A DNA stretch of 64,000 bases from an uncultured bacterium. Lineage in GTDB: Bacteria > Chlamydiota > Chlamydiia > Chlamydiales > JACRBE01. The notes beneath the pieces are model-generated. The model was given only the letters and a program-made list of their open reading frames with translations. It was not told the DNA's origin and did no database searches. The position numbers and the translations under genes are program-made. Location of the stretch: contig CAYSAJ010000004.1 in assembly GCA_964429005.1 (NCBI GenBank), positions 18,648-82,647 of the forward strand. Direction: 5' to 3'. Position 1 is the stretch's first letter; every line of letters starts with the position of its first letter. Below, one piece after another: positions 45,473 through 53,370 of this stretch.

Positions 45473-46161
45473 TTTATTCGGAGTCGATCCCCGGGTTTTA
45501 GCTTTTTCGCTTTTGATTCATCAAGATTATTTAGACGAAGGAGTTCTTCAATTTTAAGCTGGTTTTTCATTGCAATCGTCCAAGGGTTGTCACCTTGTTT
45601 TACGACATAATATTTAGCTTCTTGAGGCTCATTTTGAGGAGATGAAACAGCTTTTATAGAAGTTTTTGGCACATAGATCGTTTGCCCGATATAGAGGTGT
45701 GGGGAGCTTAGATGATTAACTCTTTTTATTTCCTCAACAGAACAACCGTGATTTTTAGCAATTTTCTCTAATACATCCCCTGATTTGATTTCTATCGTGA
45801 TCCAATCAACTGGAGGGAGATCTTCATAAGCAACAGAAGGAGCGTTATCTTTTTTGGGTTCTGTCTTTTGCTCAAATGCAAAGGTGGTGGCTGGAATCAC
45901 CAATTCAGGTTCTTTTTTTGCTATTTCAACTGGAGGAGCGATTTCCATATTTTTTTTCTTTTCTTCATACTGAGATAGAACTAAGTCTACTTGGTCTAAA
46001 GCTTGCTTGGGAGCAATAGGATTTGAATTTTTTGTTTCTATTGAGATTTCGCCACCAGAATTGATCACAAGAGTTGGGTGTTTAATCGATGTCATGAATA
46101 AAATTGTAAGCACACCAACATTTACTAAGATCGCAATTAAAATAGTATCTTTTCTCGACAT
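45469..46161 (-). CDS. Membrane-anchored protein with two LysM domains (no peptidase domain)
   Basis: N-terminal TM 'ILIAILVNVGVLTILFM'. The LysM repeats are 'IEIKSGDVLEKIAKNHGCSVEEIKRVNHL...GQTIYVP' and 'YVVKQGDNPWTIAMKNQLKIEELLRLNNL...PGDRLRI'. The ORF ends right after the second LysM. Confidence 0.8.
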   Translation of the reverse strand: MSRKDTILIAILVNVGVLTILFMTSIKHPTLVINSGGEISIETKNSNPIAPKQALDQVDLVLSQYEEKKKNMEIAPPVEIAKKEPELVIPATTFAFEQKTEPKKDNAPSVAYEDLPPVDWITIEIKSGDVLEKIAKNHGCSVEEIKRVNHLSSPHLYIGQTIYVPKTSIKAVSSPQNEPQEAKYYVVKQGDNPWTIAMKNQLKIEELLRLNNLDESKAKKLKPGDRLRIK

Positions 46162-46164
46162 GAA

Positions 46165-47337
46165 TTATTGCTCCTTGTTGAGGGAATGTACTAAAGAGGT
46201 AAACACCTCTCCCCTCTCTTCGTAATTTTTAAACTGATCCAGACTTGCACATCCAGGGGAAAGGAGAACACAATCTCCTTCAACAGCAAACTCCCTGGCT
46301 TTAGCAAAAGCTAAAGGAAGGGTCTCACATATTTCCACCTCGAGGCCGGAGTATACATCATCGCGGATTTTCGTGGCACATTCACCAAAAGCGATGATTT
46401 TTTTCACGTAGGGAGATAAAGATTTTTTCCACAAATCAAAATCAAGACCCTTGTTTTTTCCTCCAGCCAGCAGGATTGTAGGTAATTTTAATTGCTGGAC
46501 TGCATAAATTGTAGAATGCACCGTTGTGGATTTGCTGTCGTTAATAAAAGTAATTCCAAACACATCAGACACTTTTTGAAGACGGTGGGGAGGCTTCTGA
46601 AATGTCTCAAGAGCTTTTTTTGCATCATCGATAGAAACCCCTAAAGCACCCACTATAGCGATTGCAAAAGCAGAGTTATCATCTTCTATCAGGTTCACTT
46701 TTCCCCTGTAATCTTCGGGCATAGATGCCCTGCTTACAAAAGCTTGTCCCTTCTCTTTAGTAAGGGAAAAGATATGCCATTTCGTGCGCCTGTATTCATC
46801 CATCGAACCATACGAATCGAGATGATTCTCGGTGATATTCGTAATAGCTACTATATCAAATACAGGTGAGCTCATCGTTTCTAGTTGATAGGAGCTGATT
46901 TCACATACATAAAAATCAGCTTCATTTTCTTGCAGAAGGTAATCACATATTGTATCTCCTATGTTGCCAAGAGCAGGTGCTTTATAGCCTTGCATTTGCA
47001 AAATATGAGCCACCATCGATACGGTGGTTGTTTTTCCGTTAGATCCAGTGATTCCAATCACTTTTTTTGAAGGAGGAATAGCTCTAAGTCCCATTTCCAC
47101 TTCTCCTATAATTGGAATATCATGGTCTAAGGCATCTTGAAATAGAGGATGGGTTTTCCGAATTCCTGGAGATACTATTACGAGATCAAAATCTGAAGCG
47201 TGGACATCTTTTTCTGACAAAACGCCCTCTTCAGTCAAAGGGTGTTTATCAACAATAGTGACTTCATATCCAAGGTGTGTACACCACTTTGCTGCAGCTT
47301 TGCCACTCACTCCATAGCCAATAATAAGGGTTTTCAT
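46165..47337 (-). CDS. murD: UDP-N-acetylmuramoylalanine--D-glutamate ligase
   Basis: Motifs 'IIGYGVSGKAAA' and 'GITGSNGKTTT'. It lies in the dcw cluster. Confidence 0.95.
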   Translation of the reverse strand: MKTLIIGYGVSGKAAAKWCTHLGYEVTIVDKHPLTEEGVLSEKDVHASDFDLVIVSPGIRKTHPLFQDALDHDIPIIGEVEMGLRAIPPSKKVIGITGSNGKTTTVSMVAHILQMQGYKAPALGNIGDTICDYLLQENEADFYVCEISSYQLETMSSPVFDIVAITNITENHLDSYGSMDEYRRTKWHIFSLTKEKGQAFVSRASMPEDYRGKVNLIEDDNSAFAIAIVGALGVSIDDAKKALETFQKPPHRLQKVSDVFGITFINDSKSTTVHSTIYAVQQLKLPTILLAGGKNKGLDFDLWKKSLSPYVKKIIAFGECATKIRDDVYSGLEVEICETLPLAFAKAREFAVEGDCVLLSPGCASLDQFKNYEERGEVFTSLVHSLNKEQ

Positions 47338-47349
47338 GTGATCCTGCTA

Positions 47350-48519
47350 TTACTGAAATTTAATAGAAGCTAGCCCAATCAAAGCAAGAACAAGGCCGAC
47401 TATCCAAAAACGAATAACAATTTTTGTTTCAGGCAAGCCTTGGTATTCAAAATGGTGATGGAGTGGCGCGCAGAGAAAAATTCGTTTTCCTTTTCGAAGT
47501 CGAAATGATGCTACTTGCAAAATCACTGAGAGGGCTTCTAAAACAAATAAAAAACCTACCAGCGCTAAAAGAAACTCTCTGCGAAGAAGAATCGAAGACA
47601 CTCCAAGACATCCTCCGAGCATTAATGATCCTGTATCTCCCATGAAAACTTGAGCTGGATGTCCATTGTACCACAGGAACCCCATACAAGCCCCCATGAT
47701 AGCACAAAGGAAAATGGCGATTTCGCCTCCATGCTCCAAATAGGTCACATTTAAATATCTAGAAATTTCAACGTGGTTCATGACAAAAGCAAGTAGAGCA
47801 AACACCATAGAAGTCATAAGGACAAGACCTGAGGCTAGACCATCAAGACCGTCAGTTAAATTCACTGCATTTGAGGAGCCCGTGATTACAAATATCATAA
47901 AGAAAAAGCTTAATATCAGCCAAAAGCCCGAAAGATGAAACAAGGAAGATTTTAGAAATGGGATAAAATAGAGACCAAAATAGGAAGTTTTATCAAAGCT
48001 CATATTGCCCCATTTAGCAATCACAGGGGTAAATCCCACTGAGATAGATGGGTAAAGCAAATAAAGGGCGACTGCTCCAGAGAAAAGAAGTTGGTAAAGA
48101 AACTTATGTTTAGAGCGAAGTCCTTTTGCATTTTTATATTTGAGTTTTAAATAATCGTCACGAGCACCTATGGCACCTAAAACCAAACAGGTCGTGAACA
48201 GAACCCAAGTAAAGGCGCACGTGAAATCCATCCAAAGAAGGCTTGAGACAACAATGGAGCAAAGAATCAAAATCCCTCCCATCGTAGGTGTGTCTTGCTT
48301 TTTTGCATGAAGCTTTCCTAAAAGAGGGCATTCTTCTTTTCGAATGTGTTGGCCGATTTTCAACTCATAGAGTTTTTTTATGAAGCTTGGGCCTAATAAA
48401 AGTGTCATGAGAAGGGAAGTGAGAGCCGATAATATCATCTTTGTTGAAGTGTAAAAAAAGACGGCAGGAATTTTTAAGAGAAGAGTTGCGCTGAGCCATT
48501 TTAAAAAGAGGATTAACAT
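47350..48519 (-). CDS. mraY: Phospho-N-acetylmuramoyl-pentapeptide transferase
   Basis: Motifs 'TPTMGG', 'NAVNLTDGLDGLA' and 'GDTGSL'. I place the start at ATG 48517-48519 ('MLILFLKW'), directly after the murF stop. Confidence 0.95.
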   Translation of the reverse strand: MLILFLKWLSATLLLKIPAVFFYTSTKMILSALTSLLMTLLLGPSFIKKLYELKIGQHIRKEECPLLGKLHAKKQDTPTMGGILILCSIVVSSLLWMDFTCAFTWVLFTTCLVLGAIGARDDYLKLKYKNAKGLRSKHKFLYQLLFSGAVALYLLYPSISVGFTPVIAKWGNMSFDKTSYFGLYFIPFLKSSLFHLSGFWLILSFFFMIFVITGSSNAVNLTDGLDGLASGLVLMTSMVFALLAFVMNHVEISRYLNVTYLEHGGEIAIFLCAIMGACMGFLWYNGHPAQVFMGDTGSLMLGGCLGVSSILLRREFLLALVGFLFVLEALSVILQVASFRLRKGKRIFLCAPLHHHFEYQGLPETKIVIRFWIVGLVLALIGLASIKFQ

Positions 48520-48521
48520 AG

Positions 48522-49808
48522 TTATAGTTGCTCGATAATTTCCCAAAGTTTCAAGGAATTCGCTCCCTTAACAAGAACGACATCCCCCTCATCTGCATTT
48601 TGACGCAGCACTTCAAGAAGATCTTGTTTATTTTCAAAGTAATATACAGGTTTTTGATGGTTATTAAAAAAAGAAACGATCGGTTTAGTTTCTTCTCCAA
48701 AACATAGCATCATATCACACTTGCCAAGGGCATACTTAGCCACATTCAGATGTGCTTCATCAGTGTAGTATCCTTGTTCTTTGATAGACCCAACAATAGA
48801 AATGCTTTTTTTATTGGGAGATGGGATTGGACAAGAGTCATAGGCTGCTTTGAAAGAAGACTCTGAAGCGTTGTAAGAATCGTCAAAGAATGTAATCCCC
48901 TTTTTTTGAATGAGTTGACATCGATGCTGCTCAGAAGATAAATGGTGAGCTGCTTGTTGAATATGATCCCATCCGATTCCCATTTCTCTGGCGACTAGAA
49001 AAGCTGCGACAACATTTTGGACAAAATGAGGATAAGAAAAAGGAACCTTTATCCAAGGGCTTTTAAGATCCTTATGATAGATCTGTACTTTACTATCTTC
49101 ATGCACATATTCAAAATCAGCGCCGCTTCCAATGGGACCATAGGTTTTCACATTTTCAATATTGACGTAAGGCGTTGTTTGAATATGGATAAGCTTGTAA
49201 TGAGCCTTGGCTGTGAAGATCTTTTGTTTTTCATTTCCAATTTCTTGCAGGGAATTGAAATAGCCTATGTGAGAATGACTAATGTTTGTTAATAAGGCAA
49301 TATCAGGTTTCGCGATGTCTACAAGACGATCCATTTCCCCTTTTGCATTCATTCCCATTTCAAGCACATAAATTTTTGCCTCTTTGGAAAAATTAAGGAC
49401 GGTAATGGGTAGCGTCACTTGAGAGTTATAGCTTCGAATAGGCTTCACAACTAAAAAGTAGGGAGATAAAAGGGTATAGATGAACTCTTTTGTCGTTGTT
49501 TTCCCCACAGACCCTGTGATTCCGATGATCTTGGGTTTATGGAGTTCAATTTTATACTTAGCTAGAGCCTGCAGAGTAAGAAGGACATTTTCTACTTGAA
49601 ATACAGGAACGGGAGCTTTTATGCCCTCTCGATCGACTAACAGAGCCTTAGCCCCTTTTTTAATCGCTTCATCAATGAAATCATGCCCATCGACTTTTTC
49701 TCCTTTCAAAGCACAGAAAATTTCTCCTTGGCCAAGATTTCTTGTATCGAAGGAAAACCCTTTTGCATCCAGCTTTTCAAGCTTATCAAATAAAATGGGA
49801 ATATCCAT
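48522..49808 (-). CDS. murF: UDP-N-acetylmuramoyl-tripeptide--D-alanyl-D-alanine ligase
   Basis: The motif 'GITGSVGKTTTK'. It is the first gene of the dcw operon. Confidence 0.9.
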   Translation of the reverse strand: MDIPILFDKLEKLDAKGFSFDTRNLGQGEIFCALKGEKVDGHDFIDEAIKKGAKALLVDREGIKAPVPVFQVENVLLTLQALAKYKIELHKPKIIGITGSVGKTTTKEFIYTLLSPYFLVVKPIRSYNSQVTLPITVLNFSKEAKIYVLEMGMNAKGEMDRLVDIAKPDIALLTNISHSHIGYFNSLQEIGNEKQKIFTAKAHYKLIHIQTTPYVNIENVKTYGPIGSGADFEYVHEDSKVQIYHKDLKSPWIKVPFSYPHFVQNVVAAFLVAREMGIGWDHIQQAAHHLSSEQHRCQLIQKKGITFFDDSYNASESSFKAAYDSCPIPSPNKKSISIVGSIKEQGYYTDEAHLNVAKYALGKCDMMLCFGEETKPIVSFFNNHQKPVYYFENKQDLLEVLRQNADEGDVVLVKGANSLKLWEIIEQL

Positions 49809-49920
49809 AGCTTACCTGTAGATTTGAAAAGGAACATAGGAAAAAAGAGGGAATATCTTCAAGAAATATCCTCGGATGGGATTCAAAAAGCACTTATGAA
49901 GAGGAGCCTAAGAAAAAGAA

Positions 49921-49949
49921 TTGATCCTTATTAATCGAGCAGGCATAAT
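49921..49949 (+). promoter_or_regulatory. Sigma-66/70-type promoter for tRNA-Cys
   Basis: TTGATC (49921-49926), a 17-nt spacer, then CATAAT (49944-49949), 13 nt before the tRNA 5' end. Confidence 0.55.
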
Positions 49950-49962
49950 TTTAGCAAAAATT

Positions 49963-50034
49963 GGTGGCATAGCCAAGTGGTAAGGCAGGAGCCTGCAAAG
50001 CTCCCATTCCTCAGTTCAAATCTGAGTGCCACCT
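49963..50034 (+). tRNA. tRNA-Cys (anticodon GCA)
   Basis: Cloverleaf: acceptor GGTGGCA/TGCCACC, anticodon stem GGAGC/GCTCC with loop CTGCAAA, and T-arm CTCAG-TTCAAAT-CTGAG. It has an A13-A22 mismatch and U73 discriminator, both typical of bacterial tRNA-Cys. CCA is not encoded. Confidence 0.95.
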
Positions 50035-50045
50035 TCCTTATCCAT

Positions 50046-50855
50046 ATGCTCTATATTATCCCTACACCCATAGGCCATCTAGCTGATTGGACCTTTCGCT
50101 CTTTAGACACTGTTAAATCTTGTGATTATCTCCTTTGTGAGGACACTCGAAAAACCTCAATCTTGCTCCAGCACTACTCTATAAAAATCTCTTTACGTTC
50201 TTTTCATTCTTTTAATGAAAGAAAAGAAGTTGAGAGGATTGTATCTGATTTAGAATCAGGGAAAACTATAGGTCTTGTCTCAGATGCTGGAACTCCCCTT
50301 ATTTGTGATCCGGGGACTCTTCTTTTAGAGGTTCTTCAAGAAAAAGGTTTGTCTTATTGTGCACTGCCGGGCCCCTGCGCTTTTGTCACCGCTTTAAGCG
50401 CTCTTCCAACCTCTTATGACAAGATACAATTTCTTGGATTCTTGCCGGAGAAAAACCAAGCGAGAAAAAATAAATGGCTCGATATGGCAACCTATGAGGG
50501 AATCTCAGGTTTTTATGTCTCCCCTCATGATATCATCAATTACCTTAAAGAACTGGAAACGATTGATGGGAATTCTTTTGTTTACATTTTTCGGGAATTA
50601 ACAAAAATGTTTGAAGAGAGACTTCAAGGGTCTCCTGCAGAAATGTTAAATCATTTCATCTCCCACCCTCCAAGAGGAGAATTTGTAGTTTTCATCAAAG
50701 GAACACTGCAAAAAGCTCATATTGTGCTCACTCCAGACGAGATCCTCCATATTTTAACAGCTGAATATAATATGAAACCTTCCCTCGCAGCGAAACTTAC
50801 ATCACAGCTGACAGGGGCATCTCGCAAGCAGCTTTACAAGGACCTTTCATGTTGA
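50046..50855 (+). CDS. rsmI: 16S rRNA (cytidine1402-2'-O)-methyltransferase RsmI
   Basis: Motifs 'LYIIPTPIGHLAD', 'LLCEDTRKTS' and 'LVSDAGTPLICDPG'. I place the start at ATG 50046. The track start at 49977 lies inside the tRNA. Confidence 0.9.
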   Translation: MLYIIPTPIGHLADWTFRSLDTVKSCDYLLCEDTRKTSILLQHYSIKISLRSFHSFNERKEVERIVSDLESGKTIGLVSDAGTPLICDPGTLLLEVLQEKGLSYCALPGPCAFVTALSALPTSYDKIQFLGFLPEKNQARKNKWLDMATYEGISGFYVSPHDIINYLKELETIDGNSFVYIFRELTKMFEERLQGSPAEMLNHFISHPPRGEFVVFIKGTLQKAHIVLTPDEILHILTAEYNMKPSLAAKLTSQLTGASRKQLYKDLSC

Positions 50856-51649
50856 TCATTCTTTGTGCACTGCTTTTGGAAGCCCGCCCTTTGATTGAAT
50901 ATTACAAGCTGAAAAAAGAGGAAGATTCCCCCTTTTCGATTTACTCTAGCGATCAGATAAGTCTTTGTATAACAGGGATTGGTCAGATTCCGATGGCCTG
51001 CGCTGTTGGGTATATGGGGAAAAAACACCCGAAAAAATCGGTTTGGCTAAACTTTGGCATAGCAGCTTCGTTAAGTGACCCCCTTTATTCTCTAGTCATT
51101 CCTTCTTCAGTATCTACATCCTCTTCTCACAAATCGATCTATCCATCCTATCCATTCAAACCTAAGCTACCTCTTCGTTCCTTTCAAACGTTTGATATCC
51201 CTCAAAATCAGATAAAGGAAGGGGTCATTGTCGATATGGAATCTTATTCCTTTTTTCTGATGGCATCGAGATTGACCTACTTAGAGTGTGTCCATTCAAT
51301 CAAATGTATATCTGATCAGGGAGTCACATCTTTCAAAGAAATCGATCAAAAAAAACTTGAAGAAGCAGTCAAAAAAGAATTACCCGCCCTAAGCCATTTT
51401 GTGGAAGAGCTTCTTTCCTTGCATAAAACTTTTTTTAGCTACGATGAACCCTCCACTTCCCATTTAGAAGAAAAATGGAAATTAAGCGTCTCTGAAAAAT
51501 TTCAAGCGCTCAACCTCCTTAAAAAGTGCCAAGCCCTAGGGATAGGCTTTGAAAATATAGAGGAGATCATTCAATCTTCATCTTCCTTAAAAAGCTGCTT
51601 ATTAGGGATCACTGATTTAGCACAAACTAAGGAGATCGATCTTTCTTGA
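50849..51649 (+). CDS. PNP/UDP-family (MTA/SAH-nucleosidase-like) protein with a C-terminal extension
   Basis: It is collinear with E. coli MTAN motifs: 'ILCALLLEARPLI' (IIGAMEEE..LL), 'ITGIGQIPMACAVG' (SGIGKVAAALG), 'NFGIAASL' (NTGSAGGL), 'VDMESYSF' (VEMEATAI) and 'IKCISDQ' (VRAISD). It overlaps rsmI by 7 nt. Confidence 0.5.
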   Translation: MLIILCALLLEARPLIEYYKLKKEEDSPFSIYSSDQISLCITGIGQIPMACAVGYMGKKHPKKSVWLNFGIAASLSDPLYSLVIPSSVSTSSSHKSIYPSYPFKPKLPLRSFQTFDIPQNQIKEGVIVDMESYSFFLMASRLTYLECVHSIKCISDQGVTSFKEIDQKKLEEAVKKELPALSHFVEELLSLHKTFFSYDEPSTSHLEEKWKLSVSEKFQALNLLKKCQALGIGFENIEEIIQSSSSLKSCLLGITDLAQTKEIDLS

Positions 51650-52593
51650 TTTCTCTCATCTATTATGAAGAGGAGGCACTGAATTATCCTCTGACAGAAA
51701 TTCTAAAAAAGAGGTTCTCAAAAGCGACATGGATCCCTATCCGTCGCTATGGGGATGTGTTTAATCAAACTTCTACCCACTTTCGACTTCAAAAGGAAAA
51801 TCCTGCTCTAATTCTTGCTAAAAAACATGGCCAATTCTTTCATCCTACACCTCCTACTTATGGAATCGGCACTTTAAAAAACTTCTATTTTTCTCATCTT
51901 TTGAATTGTCCTTTTGATTGCCGCTATTGTTTTTTGCAAGCGATGTATCGCTCAGCCCATTACGTGCTTTTTGTAAACTATGAAGATTTTCAAAAAGAAC
52001 TCTCCCATCTATTTGAAGCGACCTTAGAGCCCATGACAGTATTCACAGGTTATGATGGTGACAGTCTTGCTTTGGAACCTATCACAGGATTTGCACAAAG
52101 TTTCTATCCTTTTTTTGCTAAATATCCTGAGGTGACATTTGAACTTCGAACAAAAAGCACACAAGTAGACTCCCTATTAAAGCTTGGACCTATCTCAAAT
52201 GTGGTAGTTGCGTTTAGTTTAAATCCAGAGCTCGTTGTTGAGGCTTTTGAAAAGAAGACCCCTTCCCTAGCAGCTCGCTTAAGTAGCATCGAAAAGCTAC
52301 AAAAAGCAGGATTTCAAGTGGGGCTTCGTTTTGATCCTATGATTTACTTTCATGATGCGATAGAAAGCTATAAAACCTTTTTCGAACACGTTTTTGAAAA
52401 AATTGATCTGTCAAGACTCCATTCTGTTACGATGGGATCGTACCGTTTGCCTAGAGAATTCCAAAAAAAGATGGAAGGTCTCCTTCCTTTAGACCCTTTG
52501 ACCCACTCGCAGCAGGACCAACCTCTCTTCATGGAGTTTTGCAAAGGGCAAATCCAAAATTATATTCCTGAGGAAAAGTTGTTCGTATGTTAA
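51646..52593 (+). CDS. Radical SAM protein, SplB (spore-photoproduct-lyase/COG1533)-like
   Basis: The CxxxCxxC cluster reads 'NCPFDCRYCFLQ'. The TTG start overlaps the upstream stop (TTGA), with AAGGAG 11 nt upstream. Confidence 0.65.
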   Translation: MISLIYYEEEALNYPLTEILKKRFSKATWIPIRRYGDVFNQTSTHFRLQKENPALILAKKHGQFFHPTPPTYGIGTLKNFYFSHLLNCPFDCRYCFLQAMYRSAHYVLFVNYEDFQKELSHLFEATLEPMTVFTGYDGDSLALEPITGFAQSFYPFFAKYPEVTFELRTKSTQVDSLLKLGPISNVVVAFSLNPELVVEAFEKKTPSLAARLSSIEKLQKAGFQVGLRFDPMIYFHDAIESYKTFFEHVFEKIDLSRLHSVTMGSYRLPREFQKKMEGLLPLDPLTHSQQDQPLFMEFCKGQIQNYIPEEKLFVC

Positions 52594-53282
52594 GGAAAAT
52601 TCTCATCACAGGTTCATCTTCTGGCATTGGGGAGGCTCTGACGCAGAAATGTCTATCTCTTGGTTACCATGTTATAGGAATGAGCCGAACCGCTCCTTCT
52701 ATGAGTCATCCCCACTATGAACATATTGAAGCTGATTTTTCAAAGCCAAAGCGTATACAGCCCCTCTTAAAAACTCTTTTAAAAAAACATTCAGATATTA
52801 GCGCTCTTATTTGCAATGCGGGGATGGGGCTCTTTGAGCATTTAGAAGAATTATCAGAGCAGCAGATTGAAGAAATTCTTCATGTGAATTTTCTTTCTCA
52901 TACTTTTATCATTCGAAAGATTCTACCGACTTTAAAAAAGCAAGATCACAGTAACCTTTTATTTATGGGATCGGAAGCCGCTCTCAAAGGTGCAAAAAAA
53001 GGAACAATTTATGCGGCCTCTAAATTTGCCTTAAGAGGGCTTGCTCAATCTCTTCGCGCTGAATGCGCCTCTTCTAGCGTTCATGTCTCTATCATCCAAC
53101 CAGGGATGACAATGACCCCGTTCTTTGATGAGTTACATTTCTGCCATGGCCAAGAAGAAGATGAAAAAATTTTATCTGAAGACATCGTTTCCTGCGTCCT
53201 TCTTATTTTGAACATGAGACCTGGGACAGTTATTGATGAAATCGTCCTCAGCCCTAAAAAGCATGTGATTAGATTTCAATGA
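52587..53282 (+). CDS. Short-chain dehydrogenase/reductase (SDR)
   Basis: Motifs 'ITGSSSGIGEAL' (TGxxxGxG), 'NAG' and 'YAASKFAL' (YxxxK). It overlaps the upstream gene by 7 nt. Confidence 0.85.
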   Translation: MLRKILITGSSSGIGEALTQKCLSLGYHVIGMSRTAPSMSHPHYEHIEADFSKPKRIQPLLKTLLKKHSDISALICNAGMGLFEHLEELSEQQIEEILHVNFLSHTFIIRKILPTLKKQDHSNLLFMGSEAALKGAKKGTIYAASKFALRGLAQSLRAECASSSVHVSIIQPGMTMTPFFDELHFCHGQEEDEKILSEDIVSCVLLILNMRPGTVIDEIVLSPKKHVIRFQ

Positions 53283-53312
53283 GTTGAGATAAATAAGCCC
53301 AAGTACACCTTC

Positions 53313-53341
53313 TTGCACAATAAGGGAAAATGGATTATATT
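53313..53341 (+). promoter_or_regulatory. Sigma-66/70-type promoter candidate for the GroEL paralogue
   Basis: TTGCAC (53313-53318), a 17-nt spacer, then TATATT (53336-53341), 30 nt upstream of the ATG. GGAG is the SD. Confidence 0.5.
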
Positions 53342-53370
53342 CCCCTCTTTACAAATCACGGAGTAAAAAT

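Noticed and set aside
49963-50034. tRNA-Cys as an integration site for a genomic island.
   Set aside because: Both flanks are core genes (murF and rsmI). There is no integrase and no duplicated tRNA 3' fragment nearby.
49977-50045. The rsmI ORF-track start lying inside tRNA-Cys.
   Set aside because: The tRNA cloverleaf is unambiguous. The canonical RsmI N-terminus (MLYIIPTPIG) begins at ATG 50046.
53283-53370. A CIRCE/HrcA operator upstream of the GroEL paralogue.
   Set aside because: No TTAGCACTC-N9-GAGTGCTAA-like inverted repeat is present. Only a plain -35/-10 candidate is seen.
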